61,027 nucleotides of DNA, filler included, from Streblomastix strix (GCA_008636045.1; 4 parts of 4 records of this genome joined end to end with filler, not necessarily neighbours in it), one strand, 5' to 3'. Numbered from the whole stretch's first letter, positions 13,791 to 26,520 are shown. Numbers and translations: made by a program. The notes: a model not told the origin generated them from the letters alone.

Positions 13791-14488
13791 ATGACATCGA
13801 CATCAACATCGTATACAAAAATATTTGCAAACATATTCATCAATAATGAGTTTTAACTAAATGCAATCAGTTGCACTCGTAAATTTTATATGATTTCCCG
13901 TGAAAAGTTAGATGAATTAAACTATCTTATTAGGAAATCAGATATAATGAATATCAGTAATAAAAATCTTAATAATATTATTAAAAGAGCAATATATCTA
14001 GGAAATAGAGCAGATGATGATGATTAATCAGATAAATATAATTAAATTTATTAAGATATTGATATAAATATCTAATGTGCTAAATTTATTTTAAAAAATT
14101 TCCTGAAAATTAATTAAAATCAATTTGAAGTAATAATTTTCAGCAATAAAGATAAAGCATTGAATTAATTATTGGTTATTTATAATGTTCCTAATGATTT
14201 AAGTGAATAACTAGATGAATAAGATGGATTTCACGATGATATCAACATATCTATCTATATACCTAATGATTACCTAATGATTATGGTGTTCGTAATATAA
14301 ATCCTAATAAAATCAAAGATGAAACTATCAATCCTAATCCAAGTGATTAACTAAGATACTTTTAATACTATCGATTAAATGTTCCACTAGATGAGTAAGA
14401 TTTTGATTTTGGTGTTGATGAAATAGATTCATAAGGTGATATTGAAGATGAAGATTACATCGATTATGGTAATGATGGAGATGATTGA
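13791..14488 (+). pseudogene. Hypothetical viral protein with acidic C-terminus
   Basis: MTSTSTSYTKIF...DFDFGVDEIDSQGDIEDEDYIDYGNDGDD-TGA; one apparent frameshift. Confidence 0.45.
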
Positions 14489-14575
14489 ATAAATTAAAAA
14501 ATTTAATTAATATTTTTTAATTATTTTTTATTTGCCATTAATTTTATTATTTTTTCAGGTATTTTAATCATAATA

Positions 14576-14790
14576 TTTTTAGTAAATCAACGAGCGATGA
14601 ACTAGAGAAGACATCAAAACTGAGCTCTCACGACGCGAAATTTGGTTAATTTTTGCTTCACCAAGTACGAAACATGCTTAATTTTTGCTCTCACGAAGCT
14701 GAGTATGAGTAAAATGAGTTCTACCAAGTATGAAACATGCTTAATTTTACGTGTTCTTGAAATTTTAATTTATTGTTGATTTACTAAACT
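14576..14790. repeat. Subterminal repeat block of element A
   Basis: Inverted pair TTTAGTAAATCAAC (~14578) / GTTGATTTACTAAA (~14775) enclosing two ACCAAGTAyGAAACATGCTTAATTTT and two GCTCTCACGA direct repeats. Confidence 0.65.
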
Positions 14791-15183
14791 TGACGCTAAA
14801 AACCATGTCTACCAATTTGATGACTTCATTTTTGAAGTCTAATACGCAAATCGCTCATTGGCTTACGTAAGTTGATGAAAAAGTAGATGTTGGTACCGTG
14901 TCTGTCTTCTCTACATTATTGAATTATAACAAAAAATTAAACAGAAAATAAATATATAATTATATAATTATGTATAAATTATTAATAATTAGATAATCTA
15001 TGTACTTATTTAGTTATTAAGAAATTAACCTATATTTATAAATTGAATATAAGTAGAGTAGTTATGAGAATATGGAGAGTGCCCCACATAGAAAAATAAA
15101 ATAAATAATGTTAAATAAAATAATGATTATAAAATAATAATAATAAATAATGAAAATAAATAATTATAATAAAATAATGTAAA

Positions 15184-15283
15184 NNNNNNNNNNNNNNNNN
15201 NNNNNNNNNNNNNNNNNNNNNNNNNNNTTAATTAATTAANNNNNNNNNNNNNNNNNNNNNNNNNNNNNNNNNNNNNNNNNNNN
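15184..15283. other. Artificial contig spacer
   Basis: N44-TTAATTAATTAA-N44. Confidence 0.98.
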
Positions 15284-15638
15284 TTTTTCTATTAATTCCT
15301 TATAGATAATTCGCACAAAAATTTTATAATTCGCACTTCAAACATAACAAATTTAGAAAAATAATTTTTGTTTCTTAAATAAGTTATGAAAAACTTTAAT
15401 ACTTAATGTAAATATTTAAAGTTTATTATTATAAATTACTGTTAATACAATATCATACATAAAATTTTCAAAAATACAAAGTTTTTTTTTAGTTTTAAAA
15501 AAAATTGAAAAAATAGTTATTTTTTTGAAATTTAATCAAAAATTCTTTGATTTTTTACTTATAAAAGTGCGAATTAACTTAATTCGCACTCGCATTTTTT
15601 TCGCCGATGGTAGTGCGAATTAGCCGGATTTTACTGTA
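15284..15638. mobile_element. End of a Tc1/mariner-pogo-like DNA transposon
   Basis: Terminus ...GCGAATTAGCCGGATTTTACTG|TA (reverse complement TA|CAGTAAAATCC); AATTCGCAC repeats at ~15308, 15328, 15581 and inverted at 15567, 15613. Confidence 0.6.
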
Positions 15639-16660
15639 TTGTTTTGTTCTATCAAACAGCTTGAAGTCCTCCTGTTCCAGCTACTGCAACTTCCTGTGTT
15701 AGAGAGTAATAAATTCGGCATTTCAGATTTTTCATAATTTCAAACATTTCTTCCTGAAGAGTGAGACCAAGTTGTAGGAGGATAGTAGTCAGGTTTTTTG
15801 TTCCTTTTTGATAATCTCCTGCTTGTTCTAGTCTATTCTAAGCGCCAGCTTATCTATTATCCACTCTCTTAATATGCAATGCATGCAACATCAATCCCAT
15901 TTGCATTGCTTCGTAAAAGATTAATCTCATTGTTGTTGCCAGTTGGGCTACAGATGTTTTCCGTTATTGGTTAATTACAGCAACTTGGTTATCTGTCTAA
16001 ACAGTCAAGTGATCTTTATCTGCAAGTTATAGTATGAACTTTCTCAACGCTTATAGAATTGATCTCACATATCTCTAATTGCTGGATCTAAAACTCATTG
16101 GTTTCTTCCATGTCTAGGCTTGTAGTAATTCTGATTAACCCAGCTTCAGTACCGCTCCCCATCCAGTTCTACTAGCATCTGTTGTCAGAATTGCTATCTA
16201 TTGTATCTTTATTTGTAGTTATCGTGGATTATTTTGTGTTATTGTCGAGTACCATCAATAAAACTCTGATAAGATTGTATGCTTGAGTCGAAGAGTCGAA
16301 TCTCATCCTCACTAGTGAACTGCATTTTCATTTAAGCGATTCAACTTCTTTAGTTGAAATGATGCCTGTTGGAATTAAAATTTGAAGAACTGTAACTTTC
16401 CAATTAATTTTGCTAATTATCTAGTCTGAGCTTCCAGTCGTTATTGAATCTAATGAATGGGGAGGTTCAATTGATACAGCAGCTTAATCTCTCTATCTAG
16501 AGGCATCATAACAATCATTTCTTCCGAGTTCCAAATCCATCCAAGTTTACGTATTTCTTTGATTGGTTCAATCTCTGATTTCTAATTGTTAATTATCGAA
16601 ATGAAATCTTACAGTACATTCTTTATCAGTTAAGTTTCTTTACTAGATTCTTATAGATTT
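15639..16660 (-). pseudogene. DIRS-like retrotransposon fragment: RT C-terminus, RNase H and start of the methyltransferase-like domain
   Basis: INNQKSEIEPIKEIRKLGWIWNSEEM; ILTTDASRTGWGA...SSNQR...QTDNQVAV...HIKRVDN...RLEQAGDY; NLKCRIYYS. Confidence 0.85.
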
Positions 16661-18591
16661 TGATTGATTTTAACTCCATAAATTATAAAATATTTGAAAA
16701 TTCTTAGATTCAATAGAAATATTGATCTTATAATTATTATTTTGAAATTGATTTTGTTTTTTCTCAGTACTTTCCCATACTACTAAGTTGGGGTAAACCA
16801 ACTTTTGGATCCAACTGCCCCCAATATGTCCCGAACTTTTTAATAAATACCTTTGAAAATCCTAATATAAATGCCAATTGATTAAACAACTCATACTTAA
16901 ATTGAGTGGTTCAGCCCACAGACAACAATAACAATTTTTTATTTTAAAAAAAATTTACATTAATTATTTATTAAATAATTTTTTAAATAAAATCAGCGAA
17001 CAATTTTAAATTTGTAGCCGCTAGTACTCGAAAAATCGAACTAAATTTTTTTCTGTTGATTTTTTTTCATGGCAATATTTTTCAATTTACATTTATGAAA
17101 AATTTTTAAATAATTCATTTAAATATTTTTAAATAAAATAATAGTTAATGTTTAGTCTGGTCGGAATCATCCAATTAATAATTTTACATATATTACCTAA
17201 AAAAATTTCTCCCTTGGCCTTTCAGACTTTGTGATACTAATTTTTTTCAAATATGATACCTTCATTTTTTAAACTTATACCCCCAACTTTTTACAAACAT
17301 GCAACAAACTTTTCTTAACTGCAATGAGCTTTTTCCTAAAAGAAAACACTGTTTATTCTAATGAATTCATTTAAAATTTTTGCATGTATTCAATTTCTAT
17401 CAGAAAATAATATTTTTCTCCAGAATAATCATAAATAACATCTTAATCCCCAACCTCACAATAGCAAAATAAACAATAATCATCATCAAGCAATGACCAG
17501 CTCCAACTGATCTTCACTTAACTTCCTTTATAAGTATAAGAGCAGATTAGACTGTTATAACCGGTACAATAATAAGAATATTTAAGGTAGGTGTGGAATT
17601 AACAACAAAAAATATGCCTATTAAAATTCGTCAAACTTATTTCAAATGACGGACGATCTCGTCTAAGTTATTTTTATTTTTGACCAATCAATCATTTCGA
17701 CTCAATTTTCTTTTAAGATGTCCAGTTTAATTTGATGTGTAGATGCGTTTTCAATCATTGAAAAGCCAGAGCTATTGTTATTGAACTTGGAAGATATGAT
17801 GTATTTGATCCTAATAAAACAGGAATCTTTGTTGCACTTTTTATCAGATGAGCAGCAGGTGCACGAATATCTTCAACACAGTTTTTTGCTAATTCATCAA
17901 GTTCATTTGGAAATAATAATTTATTACTTTTAATTTATTATGAATTCAATTTTTTCATATTCATTCTTTTTAAGTGAAATGTTTTGTTTCAGAGCTATAA
18001 CTGTAATTTCAAATGTTGCCCTTTAGTTCCTTTCTAAGTTACTGCTGCTACTCGATATATCTACATATTCTAAAGCTTTTTTATCATCTTTTGCAATAAA
18101 TAAACAATTATTCAAATTATATAAAATTGTTTATGATAAAATAAATATTATTTTTAAAATATAATGTAAATAATGATTAATGTGATATTTAAATAAAAAT
18201 AAAATATATATATTATTGAAATATGCATTAATCATATAAGTACATTATTACTATTCGGTTGAATCATGAAAAACTTTTATTTGTAAAATAAAATTATCTT
18301 TTGTCAATTTCTACGAAATATAAATATTTTCAATGGAAAAATTTTAATTATTATAAATTTAAATATTATTCTATAAGAAATCTAAAAATATATTTGAAGA
18401 ATTGTTAAACTGTTTATATATTAATTATTTTTTTCAAATAAATATTTGTTATTTGATTCAAGTTTAGTAATTATTATTGGAATGATTTATTTATTATTTA
18501 TATAGTATTTATTATGCAAATTATTGACAATAATAAACGAAATATTTTGATTTGCGACCAGAATCTAAAAACCCATCTTTTTTCAGATATC

Positions 18592-19003
18592 AGTAGTATA
18601 GTCCCGCGAAACTTGCGCTCAAAACAGTTAAATTAACGGGTAAACTTATCCATTAAGGCCTCGAAAGCGTGGTAAAACAAAAGAAAAGAACTGATTCTTG
18701 AATAATTTGACCTTTGTCCCCACATTGCTTCGTCTCTCGCATGGGGTCACGACAGTGATTCATTTCTCCCCATAAAATAACGTGTTTCATCAATTTAGGC
18801 TTAATTTAGAGCAATCATGGTAGGAAATAATGTAAAAAAATATTACATAAATAATATACCCCCACGAAATAAATAAAAACAAGGTCAAATTATTCATAAA
18901 TCAGTTCTTTTCCTTTGTTTTACCACACTTTCGAGGCCTTAATGGATAAGTTTACCTATTAATTTAACTATTTTGAGCGCAAGTTTACCGGCACTATACT
19001 ACT
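18592..19003 (+). mobile_element. 412-bp MITE with ~130-bp TIRs and AGTAGT...ACTACT termini (copy 1)
   Basis: Starts AGTAGTATAGTCCCGCGAAACTTGCGCTCAAAA and ends TTTTGAGCGCAAGTTTACCGGCACTATACTACT. Confidence 0.85.
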
Positions 19004-19469
19004 CATATTATATAATATTTCTTGTTTAATGTGCATTATTTATTAAATCATATGGATTAAAGGAACCATATATTTGTGACTATGCTGTTGCCGACTTAAA
19101 TCCTAAAATTCCAGCGTTTGCTTCTGCTTATGTAATATATTAATCTCTTTACTGAACTGAATCTATTAATTACTATTTTTATATTTTTCCAAGTCTACTT
19201 TAAGCAAATTAATATTTTCCTAATTATTTTAAGATAATCGGTACTTTTTATATTTATTATGGTCTAACAACACTACCTCTAAATTAAAATGGTTACTTTA
19301 ATGTCATGAACTATTTTATATTCGCAACTTAAGGTAAAGTACTTTTTTTTCCTTTTTTTACCTTTTTTACCAACTTTTTTACGATACTATAAAATCTTTT
19401 ATTCATATTCTTACTATTCCTCTTTTTCAGACATTTTATTAATGTTAATTATAATTATAGTTATTAGCA

Positions 19470-19800
19470 AATGAGATACAATGTAATTCTTGATATTTTG
19501 ATAATCGCTTCAAGTATTTTATTGATATTTGCCTTGATGAATTGTTATTATTTTTCTAAATTAAAATAATAGCAAAAATTAGTGGAGAAGAATTTATGGT
19601 CTATTCAATGTTTCTAAATTAACTTATATCAGTAGCTATAAAGAATGATCCTGAGATAGAATTGAGATTTATACTAAGATAATACAATAAACGATTCAAG
19701 ATGGATTAACTAAAAGAAATTATTGAAATAGCTTAGGAAAATAGATAATCAGCAGTAATGCAATTGATATAATATTTAAATGAAAGAGTTTGTCTTTTAT
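19470..19800 (+). pseudogene. Small viral protein, EFMVYS/DPEIE family, with N-terminal hydrophobic segment
   Basis: EEFMVYSMFLNQLISVAIKNDPEIELRFILRQYNKRFKMDQLKEII; homologues at 26521 and ~37525. Confidence 0.6.
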
Positions 19801-19815
19801 TTTTGCTCTAATGAA

Positions 19816-20376
19816 ATGACTAATATTGGCTTATAAATTATCAACTCAGATTCAGATAAAGAATATGTAACATGGTAGACAACTATCCCTAGCGGTTGTT
19901 AAAGCTTTTAAGTTGATAGTATCAATAATATTCCAATTAATTTAACATATTATTTGAACAATGATTATATAGAAATATAGCATAATATAGTATCAACTAA
20001 TGATAGAAAAATATGTTATTAAAATCTAATCGTTGAGAATTAATTTGAATGTGTATTATTGGAAAAATTTCCACCAATTTGAATATGTTTGAATACTGCA
20101 ATTAATAACGCTTATACTAGTGATTAAACATAATAAAGATTTAAATTTTAACTTTTATTACTATATTAAACACTAACTACATTATATAGCTTTGCTGATT
20201 CAGCTAAGAAATATTTTAGACCATAATGAACTTTGAATATCAGGCTAATTTGCTTTAATAATATAATTAATGAACATGTACAAAAACTTTAAAATAATCT
20301 GTTCTCCTTAAACTACAATTTTGGATAAGATTTAGTGAATTCAGCAATCAATTACATTAACCATAGGATCGATGTA
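19816..20376 (+). pseudogene. 5' fragment of a long penton-like viral gene, truncated by MITE copy 2
   Basis: WQTTIP...FQVDSINNIPINLTYYLNNDYIEI closely matches the N-terminus of 22248-23690. Confidence 0.65.
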
Positions 20377-20787
20377 AGTAGTATAGTGTCGGGAAAGTTG
20401 CTTCATTTTAAGTTAAATTAATGGGTTTACTTATTATACTGGTCTCAAAAACGTGGTAAAACAAAGGAAAAGAACTAATTCTTGATTAATTTGACCTATG
20501 TTTTTATTTATTTCGTGGGGTATATTATTTCGAAATTATTTTATTGATTATTTCCTTCCATGTTTGTTCAAAATTAACATAAAATTAGTGAAACACGTTA
20601 TTTTATGGGGAGAAATGTATTATTGTCGTGATCCCAAGCCGTGAAACAAAAAATTGTGTGGACAAAGGTCAAATTAATCAAGAATCAGTTCTTTTCCTTT
20701 GTTTTATCGCATTTTTGAGGCCTTAATGGATAAGTTAGCCCATTAATTGAACTCTTTTGAGCGCAAAATTCGCGAGACTATACTACT
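20377..20787 (-). mobile_element. 411-bp MITE (copy 2, inverted relative to copy 1)
   Basis: AGTAGTATAGT...ACTATACTACT termini; the spacer is the reverse complement of that in copy 1. Confidence 0.85.
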
Positions 20788-20930
20788 TTCTCCCTGTATA
20801 ATATCTGACTGAAGTTAAAGCTATAATTAACTAAAAGATCAAACTCCTAACTAATATTGAAAAATAAAAGGTAGGTGCAAATTACTTTTTTTATTTTTAT
20901 TTTTATTTTTTTATTTGGATAACAGATAAT

Positions 20931-21590
20931 CTTCCTTGATCAATGTATAACAGATAAGGAATCAGCATAAAATAAGATGAACAGAGTTATCTATGAAAAA
21001 TAACGTTAAGGATATGAACCAATAATAGATTACCCCAGATATTTGATTAATGATTAATTAACTGTTTGGGACTCAAAATTAGATAGAAAAGTTAACCCTT
21101 AATCAATGAAAACTAGAAGCGGTGGACTTATAGATAGATAAATTAGATTGAACGATACCAACGGAAAACGTTGTGATTTGTCATTCAGTTATCTCGTAGC
21201 TAAATAATTTATACCAAATGATGATATTAATAAAAATAAAATATTCCACTTAGATAATGATCTCGAGAATGATGCAGTCGATAACTTATTATGGATGGAT
21301 TAATTTAACTATAATAGATATAATAAAAAATAAACACAATTAAATAAGATCTAAAGATGAAATGAAAAATAAAAAAATTAACCGATTTGTTTGAGTATAA
21401 AAATAGAATATTAGGTGATTTCTACGTATTAGATGAAACACAAAATTTACAGTTTAACAATCTCGATAATGATACTTATATGTAGCTAAAAACAAATGAT
21501 AATGGCAAAGGTAATTTATATGTTAACGTATATGATAATAATAAGGTTGAGTTTAAATTGTATATCGAAACATTAATGAAACAATTTTGA
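20931..21590 (+). pseudogene. NUMOD4/HNH endonuclease-like protein
   Basis: YEPIIDYPRYLIN...LVAKQFIPNDDINKNKIFHLDNDLENDAVDNLLW; internal TGAs. Confidence 0.7.
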
Positions 21591-21655
21591 AAATTATTTT
21601 TTTGGTGCAAATATCATTTTTTATTTTTATTTTTATTTTTTAATCTGGTTAATAA

Positions 21656-22225
21656 ATGTAATAATTTACTACTCTTATTGTTGAGCCAACTTACGAGATT
21701 ACTACCGAGTATCCGTGGATAATTAGACGAATATCAGATAAATTTATACCAAAGTTATCGACTGAAAAATGCGGTTATTAATAAGTTGGTTTGAATGGTA
21801 CAACTTATGGTATCCACATATTAGTCGCCATTTAATTTATTCCAACTGATTACCGAAATAAATAGGTAGATCATTAAAATATTAATTGTTCGGATAATTA
21901 AATCAAAAATTTATGCAAGTTATCTGCAAATGAAAATTGTTTAAATAGAACCAAGCCCAATAGAACAAAAATAGAATAAATATTTGTTGATTCATTACTG
22001 GAAGATAAAATAACTATTACCGAATATGGGAAACATAAATTTGAAGGTCTATATTTTGTAACTAGTAAAGATAAATGTTATAAATATAATGGTTCATAAT
22101 ATAAATAATTACTTGTTAATGAAAAATTAAATGGTGCCCTATTTGTTTATGCTGCTGATAGGAATGTTAAATGTCATTAGATACGTTACATCAGAGTTAA
22201 ACATTTGTTTAAAGTGGAAAATTGA
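21656..22225 (+). CDS. HNH endonuclease, 189 aa (open frame, some motif residues degenerate)
   Basis: YEITTEYPWIIRR...GYQQVGLNG...HILVAIQFIP...VDHQNINCSDNQIKNL...NENCLNR; ATG to TGA uninterrupted. Confidence 0.8.
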
Positions 22226-22247
22226 TTAAAATTATTTTTGTAAGTAA

Positions 22248-23690
22248 ATGGCTGCATAAGGTATGAAAGTACTCTCATCATCAACTGAATAGGAATTCGT
22301 GTAGTGGTAAACGACTATCCCATAGGAGTATAATTAATTTTAAGTTAATAATATCTGTAACGTTCCAATTAATTTAACATATTATTTAAACAATGATTAT
22401 ATTGAAATTACCCCAAATATTAGATCTATAGTCGATAAGTAAGTAATAGTATAGAAATAATAACCGTATAATTTATTTAAATTAACAGCTATTGATTAAC
22501 TTCCCCCAATCAGAATTAAGATAAACACTCATATTAATAATAATTACGTTAATTAAGAAGGATACTAGGGATATAAATTTAATCCATAAGTAGTTGCTCT
22601 AAGGAATAATTAATTTAATGAGTTTGCTGATAATTCCGAATAATATTTTAGTTTACCTGATACAACTAATGGGGAGCCAAAAGGCTTTAAATTCAGCCAT
22701 AAACGAACATACATAAAAGTAATTAAATTAGTATATCCTAAGCTAAAATATAGGTGATGATATATTTTCTTCTGCTATTAATTATATTAATTTACGACTT
22801 GATTCGTTCTTATACCATTATTGGATCTATAACTAATAATTATAGGTAGGCTTTCGTATGATTAGATTAATTAAATTATATTGCCCTACTACTGATAATT
22901 ATATATCTAGTGTTGAACCACATATGTACTACTAAAATAAGTCCATTAGTGTTAGATACAATTTTGGAATATAATGTACGTTTAGTGGGGAATCAATATT
23001 ACTAGCTGAAACATAACCAATTAATGTATAAGGGCCAAATTTATAATTAATTACGAATAAAATTAACACTTATCCGATAAGAATAATATTTTCCCTACCT
23101 GCTCTATCTGATAATTAGTGGGATTACATTTATACCAGTGTGCAACACGTTAATGATTACGGATAATTTGTACCTGAAATATTAGAATAATTATATTATG
23201 ATAAGTTAGAACTACCAAATAAATTAGAAAAAATAGAACTTAATAAAAATTTACATATATAGTTGACCATTGGTAAATTATTTATACGAGAATTACGATC
23301 GGGTAAAATAAATGTAATTAGAAACATGGTATTATAAAGTTAAATATTAAACTTAGGACTATCATTAAACATTATCTATATTTTGCACTTTCATTGACAA
23401 TTTCATGGAGTATCCACAGATGTTAATAATAACAGTGAACAATTAATAGAGAGGGCTTGCGATGGAGGTGTGTGATAATAATTCATTTAGTAATGTCGTA
23501 TTCAAATAGAACTTAATTGGTGCGCCAGTAATATTGGGATAAAATATTCTATCTCACACAAACGTTATTGGGTAAAATAGCGAAGTATTATTCAAATTAT
23601 TCGATAATTTTGGTAGATTTGTGCCTGAATAATATATATGGACATCTATAACAATTTGTTATTAGAAATATAATATAATTGATATAAAGT
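22248..23690 (+). pseudogene. Long penton/minor-capsid-like viral protein
   Basis: Beta-rich, ends FKLFDNFGRFVP (penton-like LxDxxG signature); paralogues at 19816 and 34529; internal TGAs. Function is inferred. Confidence 0.5.
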
Positions 23691-23883
23691 TCTACCTACT
23701 AAATTTTATCCCATTAATTAATGAATAAATTAATTAACAAATTTTTTTCAATATTTTTCGTTGGTGCAATCTGCCTTCTATCAAACTGAAATTAGAGCTA
23801 AAATTAGCCATTGGGAGATGGTGGAATTAACCACTACAAATTGATATCGGTCGAAATTCGGCTAACAAATTTATTTTTATTAA

Positions 23884-24941
23884 ATGGAATAATTTATTAC
23901 TGACAAGGTAAGTCGGTTAATGAATAAGTTAACTATAAAGGAATTTATCAATAACATTAATTATTAGTTTAATAAATACATTATTATATCAGATCAATTT
24001 TAAGGTAAGAGTATAGAGTAGTGGTATAAATTATATGTAGAAAAATACAATTCCAAAAATATATAAAAATAAAAATAAAAACAACGTGAAAGTAATTTAC
24101 ATCAATATTAACCCCCTGAAATGATTAAAGATTACAAATTAAAGCCGCTTGCGAAATATTAAAGACCTTACATTTCTCCACAATTAGGTTCATGGGAAAT
24201 TGATATATGGTTCTTCAAACAATTATTGTTCTTATTTATTATCAACGTTAGTATTAAGTATCTAATTATTTTTCTAATCCGAACAAAAAAAAACAATCAC
24301 TAATCCCAGTTTTAGAGTCGCTAATATAATCCGAGTATGTGACAAATATTAGATCAGATGCAGAAACATCATTTGGAAGTAAATAAATAAGGGCCCTATT
24401 AATTAAACATAATATATAATATTTTTATAACAAATCTTTATTCACGAATAAAAGTAGAGTGGTAGACAGTGTGATAAGAACTATGAGAAATAAATTAATA
24501 AATTAATAGGTATCTAATCATGTACTAAAGTAAGCAGCTGACGAGTATAATAATACAAAACACAGTGCTTTCAACAATAAATATACCCCGACATTAGTTA
24601 ATGAATCACGTGATTTAGAAGGTAGTTATATTCGTCAAAAGTAATAAGAATTAGAAGGTAAAATTAATTTATAAATATAAGATTAACTATTAAATTTAAA
24701 AGTAAATAACATTATCTTAATACACGTAATCTTGGCTAAAACAAAACATTAATTCGATAAGTAGCGTAGGAACTTTAATGAGCTGGCAACTTTTATTAAA
24801 TACAATCATGGTAATGTAATCTGTAAATTATTGAAGCTCTATAAGGATATTAATGAAGTTGAAGTACATAGTTATTATATTAAATTTTAATCTAATGACA
24901 TTGATTAATTAGAAAATAAATACAAAAAATAATTTTTATGA
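23884..24941 (+). pseudogene. rve-type integrase
   Basis: RPYISPQLGSWEID...NIRSDAETSF...SRVVDSVIRTMRN...YNNTKHSAFNNKYTP; frameshift in the A-run near 24290. Confidence 0.88.
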
Positions 24942-24964
24942 ATCTTTTATTTTTAAACCAAACC

Positions 24965-25270
24965 ATGGAATAAATAAACGAATAAATTAATGAAATAAAT
25001 TAAGATAATGTTCCGACTAAAATTAAAAGAAGGCCTAAAAAGTACTTTACTTCTGAGGAAGCCAAATAGCGGGCTAAAGAATAAAGATAGTAATTTAAAT
25101 AATGATAGAGGGATAAAGTGAAAAAATTTAGATCAGATGTTACAGCGAAATAATTAGATATACAAAAGTTACTCTATAAATTGATAATTGAACAGGACGA
25201 CATTAATAGTATTATGAACATATTTGAAATTATATAAACAAACAATAAAATTGATCATTTTTTTTCGTAA
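24965..25270 (+). pseudogene. Small basic viral protein (KRRPKKYFTSEEAK)
   Basis: Directly after the integrase, as in element A; one internal TGA. Confidence 0.5.
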
Positions 25271-25279
25271 TTATTTTTA

Positions 25280-26502
25280 ACCCTATAATGTTTTATTTAA
25301 TTCATCTTTTGAAATATAGTTCTACTTTTTACGGGGCATATTCAATAACGATTATTTATCTAAATTAACCTAGGCCTATCTTAGTAAGGTTTATCCTTCA
25401 TCAGTGTACCATTAATATTTCCGATCTGGAAAATGTTGTTAGTTAAAAAATTAGTTAATCGGTTGTTTTCTCCAACCTGTTGCACCAACAACATACTTTA
25501 ATCCATTTATTATTTCGTCATTGTTCTCTTATAATTCTTCACTCATCTAATAGTTGGATTAACGTTACAACATTTGTTCTTACATAAATTAACTCGCTGA
25601 ATCCGGTACTTCATCTTATACACTGCTAATTTAATTAAATTGTTAATTAATTTAAATGCTATCTTATTATATTAGTTATTCATCCATACGCTATTATATT
25701 GCGTCCTTTTTCGGAATTGCTTAGGCAAGCTATTATTCTCCATCTTCTTATTAAAGTATACTAACATATTCTTTAGGCACTTCTTCACTTACTTCCTTTA
25801 ATAGAGTATTTGGATCTGGAGGTAGTGCTGCATTCCCAGTACGAGCTCTAAGTTCAGCTAATCGGGCATCAATATTAAAATCTGGTTCTCTCGCTATCCT
25901 ATATGGTATTATTTTTGGAGGTAATGATGATTAAATATCGCTAAATCTAGGATCAGGTATACCTTCATTTTGTTCAACGATTTTTTTTACTTTTTATTCT
26001 ATACTTCTTTTATCATTAATAAATTTTATTATTATTGTTCGTCCAATAATTATAATACATCATCATTCCGTACAATTCGTTTCAATAAATGTGGATATTA
26101 TTATATTTTTTCCCATTCAGGACTAAATATTGCTTTATTAACATCAGGCTAAGTTCCATACTATCCTCGACGGATAACTTAAAAATTTCTAATCCCTTCA
26201 TAATCTATTTTTCCTTTTAATTTTGGATCTATTGCAATAAATTGATTTCTTAGATCTTCTATCATCGTATCACAATTTAATCTATCAGGTGGTTTAATTT
26301 TACTTTAATTTCGTACATATATATTGTATAGTTTTCAGGCTTATCTTTCACCACTTGTAGTTAATGTATGTTTAGATAATTCTACACCCTTTAATTTGCT
26401 TACTTAACTTATTTTCTCATCATATTCCTTTTATCTTTTGGAGCTAATAACAGACGATAATGATTTCTCACTTTTGCTCTTAATACTATGTTTACTTCTC
26501 AT
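25280..26502 (-). pseudogene. Hypothetical viral protein
   Basis: MRSKHSIKSK... long minus-strand frame with lesions; same position and orientation as 3340-4397 but no clear homology. Confidence 0.45.
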
Positions 26503-26520
26503 ATTTATTTATCATATAAA

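Larger units (their letters stand above)
190..14900. mobile_element. Endogenous Polinton/Maverick-like virus, element A (left-truncated, decayed)
   Basis: Intronless cluster of pPolB, rve integrase, fibre, capsid-like genes and A32 ATPase read with TAR=Gln. Many premature TGAs and frameshifts. Repeat-rich noncoding right end. Exact termini not identified. Confidence 0.85.

Noticed and set aside
15090..15183. AAT-rich repeat as a telomere
   Set aside because: Irregular low-complexity sequence at a contig end with no fixed unit.
17200..18120. Possible degenerate minus-strand transposase
   Set aside because: Coding-like but heavily interrupted, with no diagnostic motif.
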